DNA of 64,000 bases from Rhizodiscina lignyota (GCA_010015805.1 ML978122.1:3134453-3198452); one strand, 5' to 3'; shown: positions 13,532 to 26,956, counted from the first letter of the stretch. Program-made: numbers and translations. Notes: a model not told the origin generated them from the letters alone.

Positions 13532-13727
13532 GTCCTTGCTTACTACGTAAATCTTTCTAACACCGTCCGTGGACGTGTTCGTCGATTATGAAGTGAATGT
13601 AAAGCAATGAGTTCATTTATTGCTGTTCCATTCTGCCGAAGGGCCTAGCGATATCAGTATATTCAGTCATATCATCCATTTTCTCGTTTTTTTTCAGGTT
13701 GGTAGTTATGCAGTAGCATACCTTATC

Positions 13728-15105
13728 TCAGGGCGAGGCAGACTTCAGTTCTTGAAAGTCGTTCAAAAGTTTATACATCTTATCCTTCTCTTCATTGCCC
13801 CCGAACATACATTCTATGGCCGATCGACTGAGGCCCAGGAGATCGGCCTTTGTAAGACTGAAATGCTGTCCGGCTAGCAGGTACTCGTTCGACAACGAAC
13901 TTCCAAAGACGCCCACATCGTCGGTCTGCTTTGCAGTTAGCAATCTCGTTCGCTCATCCCCTTTTACAATTTTATTGAGGCAATCGTACCCCAAGTGCAA
14001 TCGGACAACCCGTTTTCTGCCACTCTCCAAAATGATGCTCCGCGAAACCCCCCTCCGTCAACTTTGCCAGCACGTTGCAGCTCAGGCACAATTCAAGGCC
14101 TAGCTTCTTTTCCACGATCTCTTCTTTAAATTTCGGTGGCACATGAATAACGTGGCCTAGCCGATCTGGTTGATACGACAGCAATGCTCTGAGCTCATCC
14201 TCTGTCGACGAAGCTGGAATTTCTGCAAAGTGCAGTGTGATTTTAAGCCCGGCATCTTTTGCCTTCGCGAATGCTACACGGAATGTCGAAACATCTCCAC
14301 GCGCTGGATTGCCGCAGAGGTCCACGCCTACAACGGGACGACCCTGGTTTCTAAACTCAATTGCAAGGTCGACCGTTTGCGCAGCTTCCTCTGCGGCGTT
14401 CTTCCTATCTATTGAGAGGATCAGATAGATTGACATGTCATTTCCGCTGGACTGGAAAAATTCGTCCATACAGTCGAGTACCGTTGAGATGTAAATTTGC
14501 TTCGAGATCGATGTGCCGGGAACTGCTCGAGGTGTAGTTCGGAGTTCGAGATATCGGACGCCATCTGCATAGAACGACTGCAGGACGGCGAGAGTAGACT
14601 GACGGATGCTGGATACGGAGGTAATCAAATTGTAGATGTACGTGTCGAACAGGGGAAAGAAACTGCAAATCGAGTGAGAATGCTCGTCGGGTGGAGCAAA
14701 AGAGAGTGCACGAGAACTTATGTAGCGATAATTGAACTCGTCTTAAAGAATGACTCTACAAATTGGATGGAATGTACTGACGTGAAGACGTTGAAATGCT
14801 CCTTTTCGGTAGACATCACCTTCAGAGGATCATCTAGTTCCATGCTGGGGTCTTGCCCCTTCCTCTCTAGCCATATGTCATGCAGCGTTTGTGGACTAAT
14901 GCTACCAGTGAGATGCGCGTGAAGCTTTCAATCCAATAGATCAGCAAGTAGAATATCATCGTTCAAACGAAGTTTGAAGAGCAATGGAAGAGCAGGTAGT
15001 AGACGAAGCGGTCAAACGTGGCGATATCCAACCTACCTCAACTTTGGGAAGGTGTCTCGTGAAATTCGAGTCCACTGAGCTCTGGGATTTGATATGCGAG
15101 CCCAT
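13728..15105 (-). CDS. Adenosine deaminase-like protein (ADAL/MAPDA type)
   Basis: Spliced: MGSHIKSQ...LPKVE|LHAHLTGSI (metal-binding HxH), DGVRYLELRTTPR, GVDLCGNP, TLHFAE, DRLGH, ELCLSCN, TDDVGVF. Confidence 0.9.
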
Positions 15106-15372
15106 GACGGTTCCTGATAGACACTAAATGCGCTTTTGTAGAAGGAGAGCAGGCTAATATGTCGTGTAGTGAGTTGAGGCAACTAAGGCAATTGATATCA
15201 GCCAGGGTTAGGGTTTCAATTGTCTGATGTTTCCACGATTGCCAAGTAATTTCGAAGATTTCACAATCATACGGGGCAAATACAATTCATAACGATTGAA
15301 AACCGTGTCAAAGTTATGTCTGCAACAATAAACAACTTTTCCGCAAGTTCAATTGGGTATATCAAGAACAAG

Positions 15373-16739
15373 TTATAGGAAGTAATCCGCAACCGGCTTC
15401 TTCGCCGGCATGCCCCGACTCGTTGTCTGGGGCGCACTCTCAAACACTCTATACCGTCTACCGGGACCCCATTCTCTTTCCCTTGGTTGTTCCAGCTCCT
15501 TCAATGAACTTTGTGGGCCACTGCTCCGCCCCGCATCCCCATTGCTTCTCGGAATGAACCCGCCATTGCTCCCATCCTCGCCTAGCTCTAATATCGCGGC
15601 TACATTTCCACACCGGTAGCAGTAGTTCGGCGCAGACCATACAGTTACTATCCTTGAGTCGAACATCTCCTTGAAACCCTCCATGACGAGCTGGTGAGCG
15701 CGCGCGATAAGGGATATGTCGTTTTTCTGGTTGAAGCATTTCACAATGTCGGCGCCAAACAGGAAGCCCGCGCCACGGGGAGATAGGCCCCAGCCGTCGA
15801 TCTCGTCTGGGTCAGACCATAGAAGATCGCACATGGCGCCTTCATGAGGGACTTCTTGTTTCCGGTCTAGGAGTCGGATCTTATCAATCGTGTCTATCAA
15901 CGGTGAGAGACCGCCGTGAACACAGAGGACTGCGCCGCCGTCGTTATTTCGCGTTCCAGAACTGTGGCCTGACGCGCCAGTCCCTGCAGGGCCAGTGTTC
16001 GTGGGTGTCTCGGCGATAGGAGAAGAACCTGGCTCCGACTTTTCATCTTTCATGTTGGGCGTGCTTTGAGGGGAACTTCGTGGGAAGCGGTTGATTATTT
16101 CGTTGTTTGAGTTGAGGATTTCGATTTCGATGTCATCGTTCTCGCCGAGCATGGAGTTCTGAGAGGCAGGATCCGCAAACACTGTGGAGGCCGGCTCGAG
16201 GTTGGTCGCGGTACCAGTGACGAGCGCACCGAGAGCAAGGTAGTCGAAGACTTCGCAGCAATATCTGGTTCATTATGTTAGTCTTTCAGTCGATTAAGAG
16301 AGTGCTATCACTGGCAATCAATATACCTCCAGACATTCGCGCTCCCATATTTCCGTAAACATTCATCGTAGAAGCCATAAACGGTCGTAATCTGCCGCGA
16401 CTCATGATTCCCCCGTATCAGCGTTATCCGATCTGGATATCTGACCTTCAGACACAGGAGCAGCAGAAAGCTCTCCAATGAATAGAAGCCCCGATCCACA
16501 AAGTCACCCATGAATAGATAGTTTGTGTCCGGAACGTCTCCTCCTACACGAAACAGCTCCATCAGGTCATGGAACTGGCCGTGTATGTCACCGCATATCG
16601 TCACCGGCGCGTCCACGCCCACCACGTTGCCCTCCTCTATCAACAGTTCTCGTGCCTTGTAGCATAACTCGCGTACTTGAGGTTCTGGGATTGGTCGGCA
16701 CGCGCGTAGTTGTTCGATTGCCTTGTCGAGGTCGCTCAT
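15373..16739 (-). CDS. PPH3: Ser/Thr protein phosphatase 4 catalytic subunit (PPP4C/Pph3)
   Basis: [11 protein letters not shown] start; GDIHG, GDFVDRG, GNHE, HGGLSP and SAPNY motifs. C-terminus KKPVADYFL matches the PP4 tail. One intron at about 16265-16326. Confidence 0.92.
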
Positions 16740-17375
16740 GGTCGGCGCCAACGACAGGTTGGATGTTAATCTGAAGTTCTTCTCCCGTTTTGGTGTATAT
16801 CGGGATCCCTGTATAATTGATAGAGTCCTTGTTTTGATTTTTTACGGTCTTATGTTCTCGATTGTGGTCTTTTAAGGGTCGAATCGAACGGCAGCGAAGG
16901 GCAGCTAGCTCACGACGTATTGAAGAAGTATGAGACACTGAGGGGTGTTGTGGCGTTTGTACGTACGCGGGGAGTCGGTCGGCGTAGACGAACTGGGGAG
17001 GGATCGAGAGAAGAAGAGATACACCAGGCGTTGCGGAGCCTGTGGTAGCGCTGTGATGTTGAAGAAGTTGAATCTGCATCTCGATAATGGCGATCGCGCG
17101 ATTTGACGCCACAGACCGCGCTTTGCAGGGATCCCGCATTTTCGAGCCTCACCACCACCGAGCTCCTTGCCCTCATCACCACTTCCACATCAAGCTCAAT
17201 CGCCTCCAATACCTACTTGGCTCGCCCGAACCTGAGACTGTAGGCAAACTACACCTCCAATTGCTCTATTACTCACTTACACGACTTCCAGCAAGCTCCA
17301 ATGCCTCCTCAATAACTGTCTCTACATACGGAGGGCCGCTCCCGAGCGATTCCACTCCTCTCCACGATCGCCATC

Positions 17376-17741
17376 ATGCCATCACACCTGCATCCTCGCT
17401 CGCGGTGGACAATGTCCCTCTTCACAACGACTCTGATGATATCCTTCCTGGTAGTCAGCATACCGCACATCCTGCCCTGCCCGGTCCCACGGCGGGCCTT
17501 CGCAGACGGAGACGAGGGTCGGAAGAGGAGACGGAAAACGGATGGGCAAGAAAACTCCGAAGGACAGAGCGAGGCGCAATATATGCAAGAGCATAGGCGG
17601 AAGGAGAGGGAATGTCCAGTGCCGAAGCCTGGAGGACTGGTGGGCCAAATCATGGGCTTTGAAGCCAAGATCTCGGAAAGACCGGTTGTGAAGGTTGAGC
17701 CATTACGGCGGAGGGGGAAAGAGGTGGATTCAGATGCGTGA
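17376..17741 (+). CDS. Small single-TM protein resembling cytochrome c oxidase assembly factor Coa2
   Basis: HLHPRSR...LFTTTLMISFLVVSIPHILPCPVP hydrophobic segment ending in LPCP, as in yeast Coa2; second CPVPKPGG motif. Family assignment is from memory. Confidence 0.65.
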   Translation: MPSHLHPRSRWTMSLFTTTLMISFLVVSIPHILPCPVPRRAFADGDEGRKRRRKTDGQENSEGQSEAQYMQEHRRKERECPVPKPGGLVGQIMGFEAKISERPVVKVEPLRRRGKEVDSDA

Positions 17742-17817
17742 GGGCACACCGATTAAGAAAACCTTGCCGAATTACGTGTACATATGTACAACTCTACTAC
17801 TGGACAAAAAAGAATTA

Positions 17818-19236
17818 TCATGAGCATCCTCCTCCCTCCAGTCCAGTCACACCGTGTGGTGCGATATACTTGCAGGTTCCAGCATCAGTCACTGGCCCCG
17901 TCTCGTTGGCCTTCAGCGTGACATTGTTGAATGCAATGTTATAGCACGGATGCAGAGTGCTGCAGCTCACGCTCCCCAACGTGCTCGCGTTGTTCAGGTA
18001 CCCCGTGAAGTTCTCAAAGATAATGTTGCTCAGATCCATCAGGCTCGTGCCCGAGAAGCTGCCGTTGTTGCCATTATCCTGTGTAATGGCCGGACCACTA
18101 TCCGCACCTTGGACATTGAAATTTGCAAACAAGATGTTCCTAACGCTACCCCAGCCATCTCCTCGCGGCTGACCGGCAGACTCGTACGAGGTTTGAGGGA
18201 CCAGCGCTCCGACCCACGTCTTGATGTACGCGCTGTTGTGCATATCATCGTTGTAGCGGATGATGTTTACATCGGTGACCTTGACGTTTTCGACCGACGA
18301 GTCTTCTATGTACTGCCCCAGACTACCGATGGCCATGCCGTTGCCGCCATGGCAAGTCGCGTTCTGGACCTCGATATTGTAGCTGCGGGGCTTGATAGCA
18401 ATGCAGTCATCGCCGCCCTGGTAGTAGAAGTTTGTGAGGCGGATGTTGTTCGCATCCATGGTGTCTGGAAATGCATGTTAGTATTTCCAGCTCTCAAATA
18501 TCAATACACATCATCACATCCCAAAAGCAACTTACCAAAGCCGTCCGTATTCTGCACCCAGTTTGAACCGAACGGTGCCTTCGTAGCGGTTGCATTACAC
18601 AGGATGTTATCAAACCACATGTTCGTGCCATTCATGATGTTGATGCTCCACAAAGGCGGCTGCTTGACAAAGAAGTTCTTCACGGTCACGTCGCTGACAT
18701 TCCACCATACAAACGGCATCGGGCGTCCAGGTTGTGTATTGCCTGCTTCGGCAGTGTACCAAACGTCGCCGTTTCCATTGACACCTCCAGTTCCGTAACC
18801 GTCGATCGAGATGTGGTCGCCAGTGAAGATGATGCCTGCGTGATGGTTCTGAAATGCTATGGGATATGAGTTGTTTCGCCAATACGAGAGATCTGGTGAC
18901 ATCTGGTCCAATTAATTATCTATGTCAGTGATGCCATCACGAATGTCAGAAGGGACATACCGTCCATTGCCCGTGCCACTGAATCTCGCAGTCATTTAGA
19001 ATTGGGTTCAACTTGGTCGCGATGTAGTAATTCTGGCTCTCGGGGAACACGACGATTCCGCCATTTCCACAGTCCTTGAAGGCCCTCAAGATATTCGGGA
19101 CATCGTCTTTCGTCCCTCCCTTTGCAGTGACGGTACACCTGCGTTTCTCTCCTGCAGAAGAGTACGAAACGCCCCCAGCGAGCACCGAACTTGCGAAATA
19201 CGCGCTCAAGAGAGCAGTAGAGATTTGGAAGCGCAT
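17818..19236 (-). CDS. Secreted GH28 pectin-degrading enzyme (exo-rhamnogalacturonase/RgxB-like)
   Basis: Signal peptide MRFQISTALLSAYFASSVLA; two introns; NTDG, GDDCIAIK, GGNGMAIGSLGQY and YIKTW motifs. Confidence 0.9.
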
Positions 19237-19894
19237 AACTAAGGCAGATATGGTGGCAGGAGAAACCAATTGATATTGGAGATAATCAGAAATGCCCAAA
19301 ATCATTACCTACCTGAAGCTTTTAACCCTTACCTTGCCCCGTAGCATCCAGGCACGGAAGCCTTGCGATTGGCGGCAAATTCACCATGACATGATGCGGA
19401 GAAGGCGCGGACGATCGTTCCTGGATATCTGCCTTAAATAGCTCGGTGTGGTTCATGTAGACGAAAGTGATGATATCCGGCTGGCTTTACACCGAGGCGA
19501 CGTAGGTAGCGATTCAGGGACCAAAATCCGGGGAAATATGCAGGATCCTGGGAGGTATTGTAAGGATGGTCTTCGGGGAAATTTAGGGACTATTTGAAGA
19601 CATGACCTTCATGCCAGCTACGTGAGGAGCGAATGAAAATAAACAGTTAGACCACTGTCCTATATACAAACTCGGATCTGCAGCACCTCCATGGCTACGA
19701 CCATTGAGATGGTATTCTTGCATGTGGAAATAAAGCCGAAGCATGTGCCAACTAGCATTTCTGCGCACATCTTCGAACCAGAATCGATCGTCCGAGTTGT
19801 ATGTGCCCCATCGTACCACATTCAGCAGGGAAATGTTTGTGAATGGCATTTGACACTATCCAAGACGATCATAGGCTTTTGATGAATCATATTG

Positions 19895-21895
19895 CTACGA
19901 AAACGGAAGCATGCTGAAAGTATTCAACATCTCGTCCCAGAGTATGTTGTCAGATAAATCCCATGACAACTGGTCCACAGAAGAAAGGTCTAGGACCTCA
20001 TTACTATCATCATTATCTGCCCCTCGACTAGTATATGGGGTTGATTCAACAACAGTGTCACTAGACTCTTCCAAGTCCGGCATCTTAGCCGTTTCTGCAT
20101 TTACCATGGTCGTTTGTTTCTCGTTCATCTGCTTCTCATATCCAGTCATCAGTATCTTCATCGCCGAAGCAAAGTTCGACATGGCATCTCGTTGTCCCTC
20201 TGGGCCAATGAAATCCGTCGCAACTGCAGTAAATTTCTGTAGAACCCTGCTCGCTAAGGCGAAAAAATCCGACTCCTGTGCAATGTTCATCATATGCCAA
20301 GGTTGGTTTTGTGACTCCGGGGTTGTTTGATCGGCTTGTTGGGAATTATCTTCGCCCCTGTTATCAAAATCCAGAAACACCAGTTTCAGGAGAGTGATAA
20401 AGACATAATACAATCTTGGAATGATGAAGACTGTCAAGTAATAAAGATCCCTGTTTTGGTAGGAAATAAAAGCGTGGAGGAACGATTTGCAGCTGTTCAG
20501 GGAGCTCAAGAGCATCTTAGACCGTGTTATTGAAGGGAAGTTCGAGGCTGGATCTGGATGCGAGTTCCATAATTCATCGTGCAAGGCAACTTCGTTGATC
20601 AATATACACAACACTTGAAACTCCAGACTGAAAAGAACTATGTATTTCGTCAGTAGTGCATAAGGAGATCGGCAGAGAAGAACTCTCACTGTTCTCATGA
20701 AGAGTTTCAGCAAGCTCTAGTCGCAAGCAATGGAGGTCGCGAATGAAAGCTTCTGAAGCCATTGTGATGAGCAACTCCCCACGAATTTCACCGTTGTTCA
20801 GATCGTCGTAAGAGAAAGTATCGACAATGCGTCGTCCAAGCTCTTGGCTTCGTACAAAATGTTGTATCAATTCGTCCGTTATATACTCTTTGAGTTGTGT
20901 CAGCGACTGGCAACAGTACTCCATGTGACTGGTGTAAACCAGCGCAGTACGTCTTCGCAGAATCGTGGCGACTCTACACAGGTGGTATAACGTTAGTCAG
21001 GGCTCTCTCCCAATTCTGAGGTGATAGCGTACAAACAAGATATACAGTACGTGCCTAACAAAGCCCGCATCTTTGCATTGGTAAGAGATGAACTCGACTC
21101 TTGGTCGGAGCCTTGTGTGCATTGGTTATCACGTTTTCTTTCGGCTTCGTCGATTCCTAATTCATGAGCAAGCGTGACGCATAGCTGTGATAGCAAAAAC
21201 TCTTGGTGTTTGTCTCGGCGATAAAAATGGCAATACCAGGCGGTGTAGACAAGGAGACCTTGGAGAAGATCCAAGCTCTTATCGGCATGGAGAAGTATCC
21301 TCTGGAAGGCTTGTTGTTCGATCTCTTCTCCAAGTTGATGCTGAAGGAAAGGGTTGTCAAAGATCATCGTAGCCACGATGGCCAGAAAGAGGAACGGGTT
21401 ATTTCTCCGAACCGAGTCCAACGAAGCGCCAGCAGGCACAACGACGAAGGGGAACTGCTGAGTACCGTGGTTCCGGAATCGATCCAAGAGTACTTGTGCA
21501 ATCTCAGGTGTCACTGTGCCGCGACCGATGATGTCTCCATTCTCTCTATCGACGATGTTGACTCCCGTGGAAGAAACACGCAGTGAGGCTGATAGGCTCT
21601 CTGCGTGGTCAGTTCTTCTACTTTTCGTTCCAGCATCGCGAGTCGCCTGAGTCACGTTCAGCAGTTCTTCGAAGCCACGCCACTTATCCACAAACGCAAC
21701 TCACAAGTTCGACTGTGGCCTCTTCCGCCTTGTGGAAACATTATCATAGCGGCACTCCTTCCCTAGCCTATGGCACCGCTCGCAAACGTTCGCCGAATAT
21801 GGACTGCACTTCGCTTTGCTAGCTGTGCACTTGGTGCACGCCCTTTTCCTCAGGCTCATGGCCGACGCCGACGGCTGCCCCGGCCGCTCCGGCAT
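19895..21895 (-). CDS. Zn(II)2Cys6 fungal transcription factor
   Basis: ACTKCTASKAKC...CERCHRLGKEC zinc cluster. Downstream exons carry FPFVVVP, PFLFLAI, SLDLLQGLLVYTAW (fungal TF middle region). Multiple introns. Confidence 0.9.
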
Positions 21896-22022
21896 TCTCG
21901 TTCCTCTGGCCTCGTTATGTGATGGAAGTGAATGTCGCGTGCAGCCATCTGTTCTGTCTGAATTCTTTGTACCTGACGTTCATGGCACAAGAAAGGGGCC
22001 CGTTCGGCAGCGGGAACGGACG

Positions 22023-22058
22023 CGGAGTTCCCGACGGGGTTTCCGACGGGATTCTCAG
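22023..22058. promoter_or_regulatory. Tandem 12-bp CGG-rich repeats, candidate Zn2Cys6 binding sites in the divergent TF/MFS promoter
   Basis: CGGAGTTCCCGA CGGGGTTTCCGA CGGGATTCTCAG, which contains two CGG-N5-CCG and two CCGACGG units. Confidence 0.55.
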
Positions 22059-22377
22059 CACTGCTTTGGCCGCTCAGATCACCTTTCTCATTTACCATGC
22101 CCTTCCGATCCAGCACAGAGTTGACCCTGTATTCCTTTTCTGAATTGTATCCACATTGCGTTCTTCTCTCGCCTTTGTGACAAATGGCTTCTTACAAATA
22201 TCATGACTTCTCCTGGGTTCCCCGGCGAAACACCTGCCGGTCCCTACCGTTTTCTGTTCTTAAATTGTACTATTCGCTCGCTATTCTCCACGGGCTGACG
22301 CCATATTTCATATTTTCGTTGATATCAATACCTTCTCAGGTGCAATATCTCTACAAGATTCCTTGGTTGACATCATA

Positions 22378-24433
22378 ATGGCAACGACCAACGAAGAAGA
22401 GCTCAAGATACCAGACGAAAAGAAGTCTGGAGAACCCGCATCAGACGAGGACGGAGGTCGCCCCGCAAGCTACAACCAAGAGCAATATTATATGTCTGGA
22501 CCTAAGCTTGGTATCATTATCGCTAGTTTGTGCCTGGCGCTTTTCCTCCTTGGGCTTGATACAGCTATAGTGGCAACTGTGAGCAGTCCTAACTTAGAAA
22601 TGGAGGACCACTAACCCAAAGAACAGGCAATCCCGAAGACCACTGAAAGATTCAACTCAACAAAAGACATTGGCTGGTATGGAAGTGCATACTTTCTAGC
22701 ACTGTAAGTCGTACAGCTCAAAGACACTGCAAACATCTAACCGTTCTGCAGTTGTTCCGTCCTCCCAATAGGAGGGAAGATATATTCCGAATTCTCACTC
22801 AAGGTTCGCACCTCCCTATTACCGGAAGGCCAAAAGCTCACCATATTGGCAATAGTGGACATTTCTGGGCTTTTTCTCAGTGTTCGAGCTCGGCAGTCTT
22901 CTATGCGCTGTTGCAACTAGCTCCAAAATGCTTATCGTAGGCAGAGCGGTTGCTGGTGCAGGAGGATCGGGTATTGTATCCGGTATCATGACTATCATAG
23001 CACATGTCATTCCACTCAGTCAACGCGCTGGTGAGTTCACGCCCCTTACGACGGAGCTAGTTTTCAGCGGGCGAACAGTCTGCGGAGCCACTCTCTTAGA
23101 GTTGCCCCTGGCACTTCCAAGAAATATTCTCGCATCGGTGAAGTTGCGTTAGATATTATCAGGGAGTAGCTTGCCCAACCTGGCTTAGAAGTTTTGCTAC
23201 TCATTGTCACGGAAAATGGCCGTCGTTGCAGACCTCGTTCGCGGAAATCAGCTACTTCGTATCAACACATCATACTGACGACATACAGGCTACATGGCTA
23301 TTGGAGGTGCAACGATGGGAATCTCGACGATCAGCGGCCCTCTCATTGGCGGAGCGTTGACCCAAAAGGCATCTTGGAGGTGGTGTTTCTATATCAATCT
23401 TCCGATCGGAGCTGTAACCGCAATTGTCCTTGTCGCCCTCTTCCACCCTCCTATCCGCCCAAACGAAGAACGCCCAGTAATCGAAAGAGCAAAGCGACTT
23501 GACCCTATTGGCGCTTTCTTGCTCACACCAGCGATAATTATGGTGCTGTTGGCTCTCCAGTGGGGCGGGAATGAGCACCCGTGGAAGTCTGCGACAATCA
23601 TTGGGCTATTCTGCGGTTTCGGTATCCTATTCTTGGTTTTCATCGGATGGCAACTGCACAAGGGAAGTGGAGCTATGGTCCCACTCAGACTTCTGGCCCG
23701 GCGAACGATCGTATCGACCAGCCTGAGATCCACATGCGTCTTTGGATCGCTATTCATCGTCATCTACTACATACCAGAATGGTTTCAGGTCATAAAGAGC
23801 GCATCCCCGGTCAAGAGTGGTGTGATGAACCTTGCTCTGTTTGTTCCCCAAATTATTGGCTCAATCATAGCAGGGACCATGATCACCAAGCTGGGCTACT
23901 GTAATCCATGGATTATAGCTGGTACAGTCCTCTCAGCAATCGCAACTGGTCTATATTCCACACTGAAGGTGGACAGCGGTCATGCTCTGTGGATAGGATT
24001 CCAAGTTCTCAATGGCGTTGGAGCTGGCTTCAGCATGGAGACGCCTTTAACTCTAGCCCAGACGGCCCTGAGCGGGGAAGAAGCAGCTGTTGGAATTTCC
24101 TTAGTTACCTTCTTCCAGTTCTTTGGATCCTCGATCTTCTTGGCCATTGCTGAGACTGTTTTCAGTAACACACTCACGAGTGAGCTTACTAAACATGTGC
24201 CTGAAGTTAATCCGACGACTTTGATGCACATAGGTACATCTGCTGTTCGGAATTTCGTCACTCCTGAACAACTTCCTGCGGTTCTCGCTGCATATGATAA
24301 AGCAATCACGAGCACATTCTATGTTGCAGCGAGCGCTTCGGCATGTAGCTTCTTTGCTGCTTCGTTTGCAGAATGGAATAGCGTGAAGGCAGGAAAGCAG
24401 GCAGCACAAGATGAGAGTCAGACAGAGAAATAG
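22378..24433 (+). CDS. MFS DHA2-type toxin/drug efflux pump
   Basis: LALFLLGLDTAIVAT|AIP, DIGWYGSAY, FELGSLLC, LIVGRAVAG, GPLIGGALT, WRWCFYINLPIG. Four introns splice in frame. Confidence 0.93.
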
Positions 24434-24987
24434 ACGCATATTCCGCAACGAAGAACCCGTGGAAAGGCATAGAATGTAGTTTAATTGCTAGTTTATGACT
24501 CTAGGATCGAGTCAGGGCGTCCAGGATGGCTTAAGGGATATCAAAATGGATCAAACCGTTTCAAGATGAGACCGTCTTAAAAGCTGTAATTTGTACATAA
24601 TATTCTATCGATTTACACAATTCCTAGCGGGTAGAGACCCTCAAGATACAAAGCCTCCTTCCATTATGCGTGGCTTAGGTCTCCACAGAACTGCAGTACT
24701 ACTCGATTTCGTTCGTACACTTTCCCCCAAAGTAGTGTCTGGTGCCCCTGAACGGCGTCATTGACGCATGGATCATTTGATTGTCAATAACGGAAATGTA
24801 ATGCTTTGAAATGAGACTCTGATTAGAAATGCAGCTCTGGGATCGAGGAACGGCTGCTGTCCCATATGACCTCCGCCTTTGGACCCGTCGGACAGATACC
24901 TCACACCTTTTCACTGTGATTTGTTTCACCTCCTTCCTTAACTTGACCGACTGAGACGATTAAACACAAGACATTCGTACAGACAAG

Positions 24988-26202
24988 ATGGGTTCATGGC
25001 TATCAACAGCATGGGATCCATCTACAGGCATTTCCGACCTCAGTGGGAAGGTCGCTGTCGTTACTGGAGCAAAGTACGACCAGATATTTTATGAAATCCT
25101 GAGAATTGCAGAGGCTGACTTAACATAGTGCTGGAATTGGCTACGCCACAACTATTGAGCTTGCTCGTCATGGAGCTAAAGTGTATCTCGCTTCAAGAAG
25201 CGAGAACAGAGCCTTAGCCGCCATTGAGAAGATGCATGCTGAGAGCCCGAAGATCCAAAAAGGAAATTTGATATGGTTACCGTTGGACTTGATGGATCTC
25301 GAAAGCGTTGTGCAAGCAGCAGATACATCAATGCAGAAGGAAGAGAGGTTGGATTTACTTGGTTCGTCACACTCTCGTACATAGACAATTCGAGTGGATG
25401 GTGCTTAAATTTCGCAGTCAACAACGCTGGAGTTGCTACCGACAGCTACCAGACAACGCCGGCCGGATTCGAAGTCACAATGGGAGTCAAGTATTTCCCC
25501 TACGCTGCCTGGGCTGCCAATACAGCTGACCAAGATGATAAAATAGTCATTTGGCCCATTCTCTGTTCACCGTAAACCTTATCCCCATTTTGAAGCGCAC
25601 AGCAGCGAAGGATGATTCGGACGTCAGAGTAGTAACAGTATTTGCTCCTCCTTCTTCTCTCTCGCCCGCGGATCTCTGTCTAACCACTATGATTCCTCCA
25701 GGTTTCGTCGTCTGGACATGCAATGCTGATTCCAAAGCACATCCGATTCGACAAGCTCGACGACTTCAAATACCATGGAATGACATCCTCTCCCAACTTT
25801 TCCAGCACTCGTGATCTTTTCAGTCGGTACGCACTCAGCAAGTTGGCCAACATCCTTTTCTGCAAAGAGTTGCAACGGCGCTTTGATTTGGAAAAAGTGC
25901 CCATAACCTCAATGACGAATAATCCCGGTGGCACCAATACCCAAGGTGGTATGTCAGTGTGGCCTGTGTGGTTGCGGCCCGTTATGAGTAGGCTGTTTGT
26001 TCCGGCATCGAAAGGAGCGCTTCCGGTCCTCTACCAGTCTGGCGCGCCGGAGATCAAACGCGATCCCGCAAAATACAAGGCGGTTTATTTTAACCCGTCT
26101 TGCAAGATCGAGGCGCCATCGGCACTTGCTCGGGATGGGGTGCTGGCGAAGAATCTCTGGAAGACAAGCGAGGAGGCTCTCGGTACCTATATTAAGGGAT
26201 AA
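24988..26202 (+). CDS. Short-chain dehydrogenase/reductase (retinol dehydrogenase-like)
   Basis: DLSGKVAVVTGAN|AGIG (TGxxxGxG), NNAG, VVT|VSS, YALSKLAN (YxxxK), PGGTNT. Four introns. Confidence 0.92.
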
Positions 26203-26956
26203 TGGTCAGAATTGAAGAAGGATTACTCGCCCCAGGGAAGAATAGAGGTTGATTTGATTGTTCATGTAGAGGTTATGTAGATGGCGGAGATTAATTGTAG
26301 TAGATAAGCGTATTGCGACAAGAGGTTCTCAGAAAGGCATTGACAATCTCTGAAGTTCTGATACTATTTGGTTGATGTCGATTTCATAGTAGAAAGACAA
26401 CTGTTGATTATGCTTACGAGTTCAATTGAGTGCGTTATGAACAAAGTTCGCCATTTGGCCCATTCCACAAGCGAGGGTGCAATATTTTACATGAGTTCTT
26501 GTACTTATGGAGGTGGCGGCAGACGGGGGCGGGGCCATTTAAGAGTTTCTACCCACGCCTAGCTACAAGCTTATTCGATCGTACGAGCACATCCAAAGGA
26601 TTTAGACACGTGAAAACTATTAAACACATACAAGTAACAAGGATTAGGACAAGCGGGGCTGTAGAGTATCCGCTACGTGCCACGGCCATGAGTATTGTAA
26701 TTTGTAAATATATTGAGCATCCATTATTCCTCTTCTAACGACGGAAAGCTTCACTGTGTACATACCAGGCCGGAACAAAAGGCGCCAATCAGTGTTTGAA
26801 TTTCCCGGGAAAGGCTTGATAACCCCCTGAATCAGCTGATATAATCGAATAGATGCTTAAATCTCAGGTAGAAACAGGAGATCTACGGACCCTTTATGTA
26901 AGGTAAGGTGGTATTTCGGGATATTGCGGCAAAGGATTGCCAGAGGCTTCGACATT

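Noticed and set aside
17854..18798. 314-aa ORF antisense to GH28
   Set aside because: Antisense shadow caused by the codon bias of the real gene.
23031..23289. Longer (259-nt) intron in the MFS gene as a possible MITE or snoRNA host
   Set aside because: No terminal inverted repeats or C/D boxes seen.
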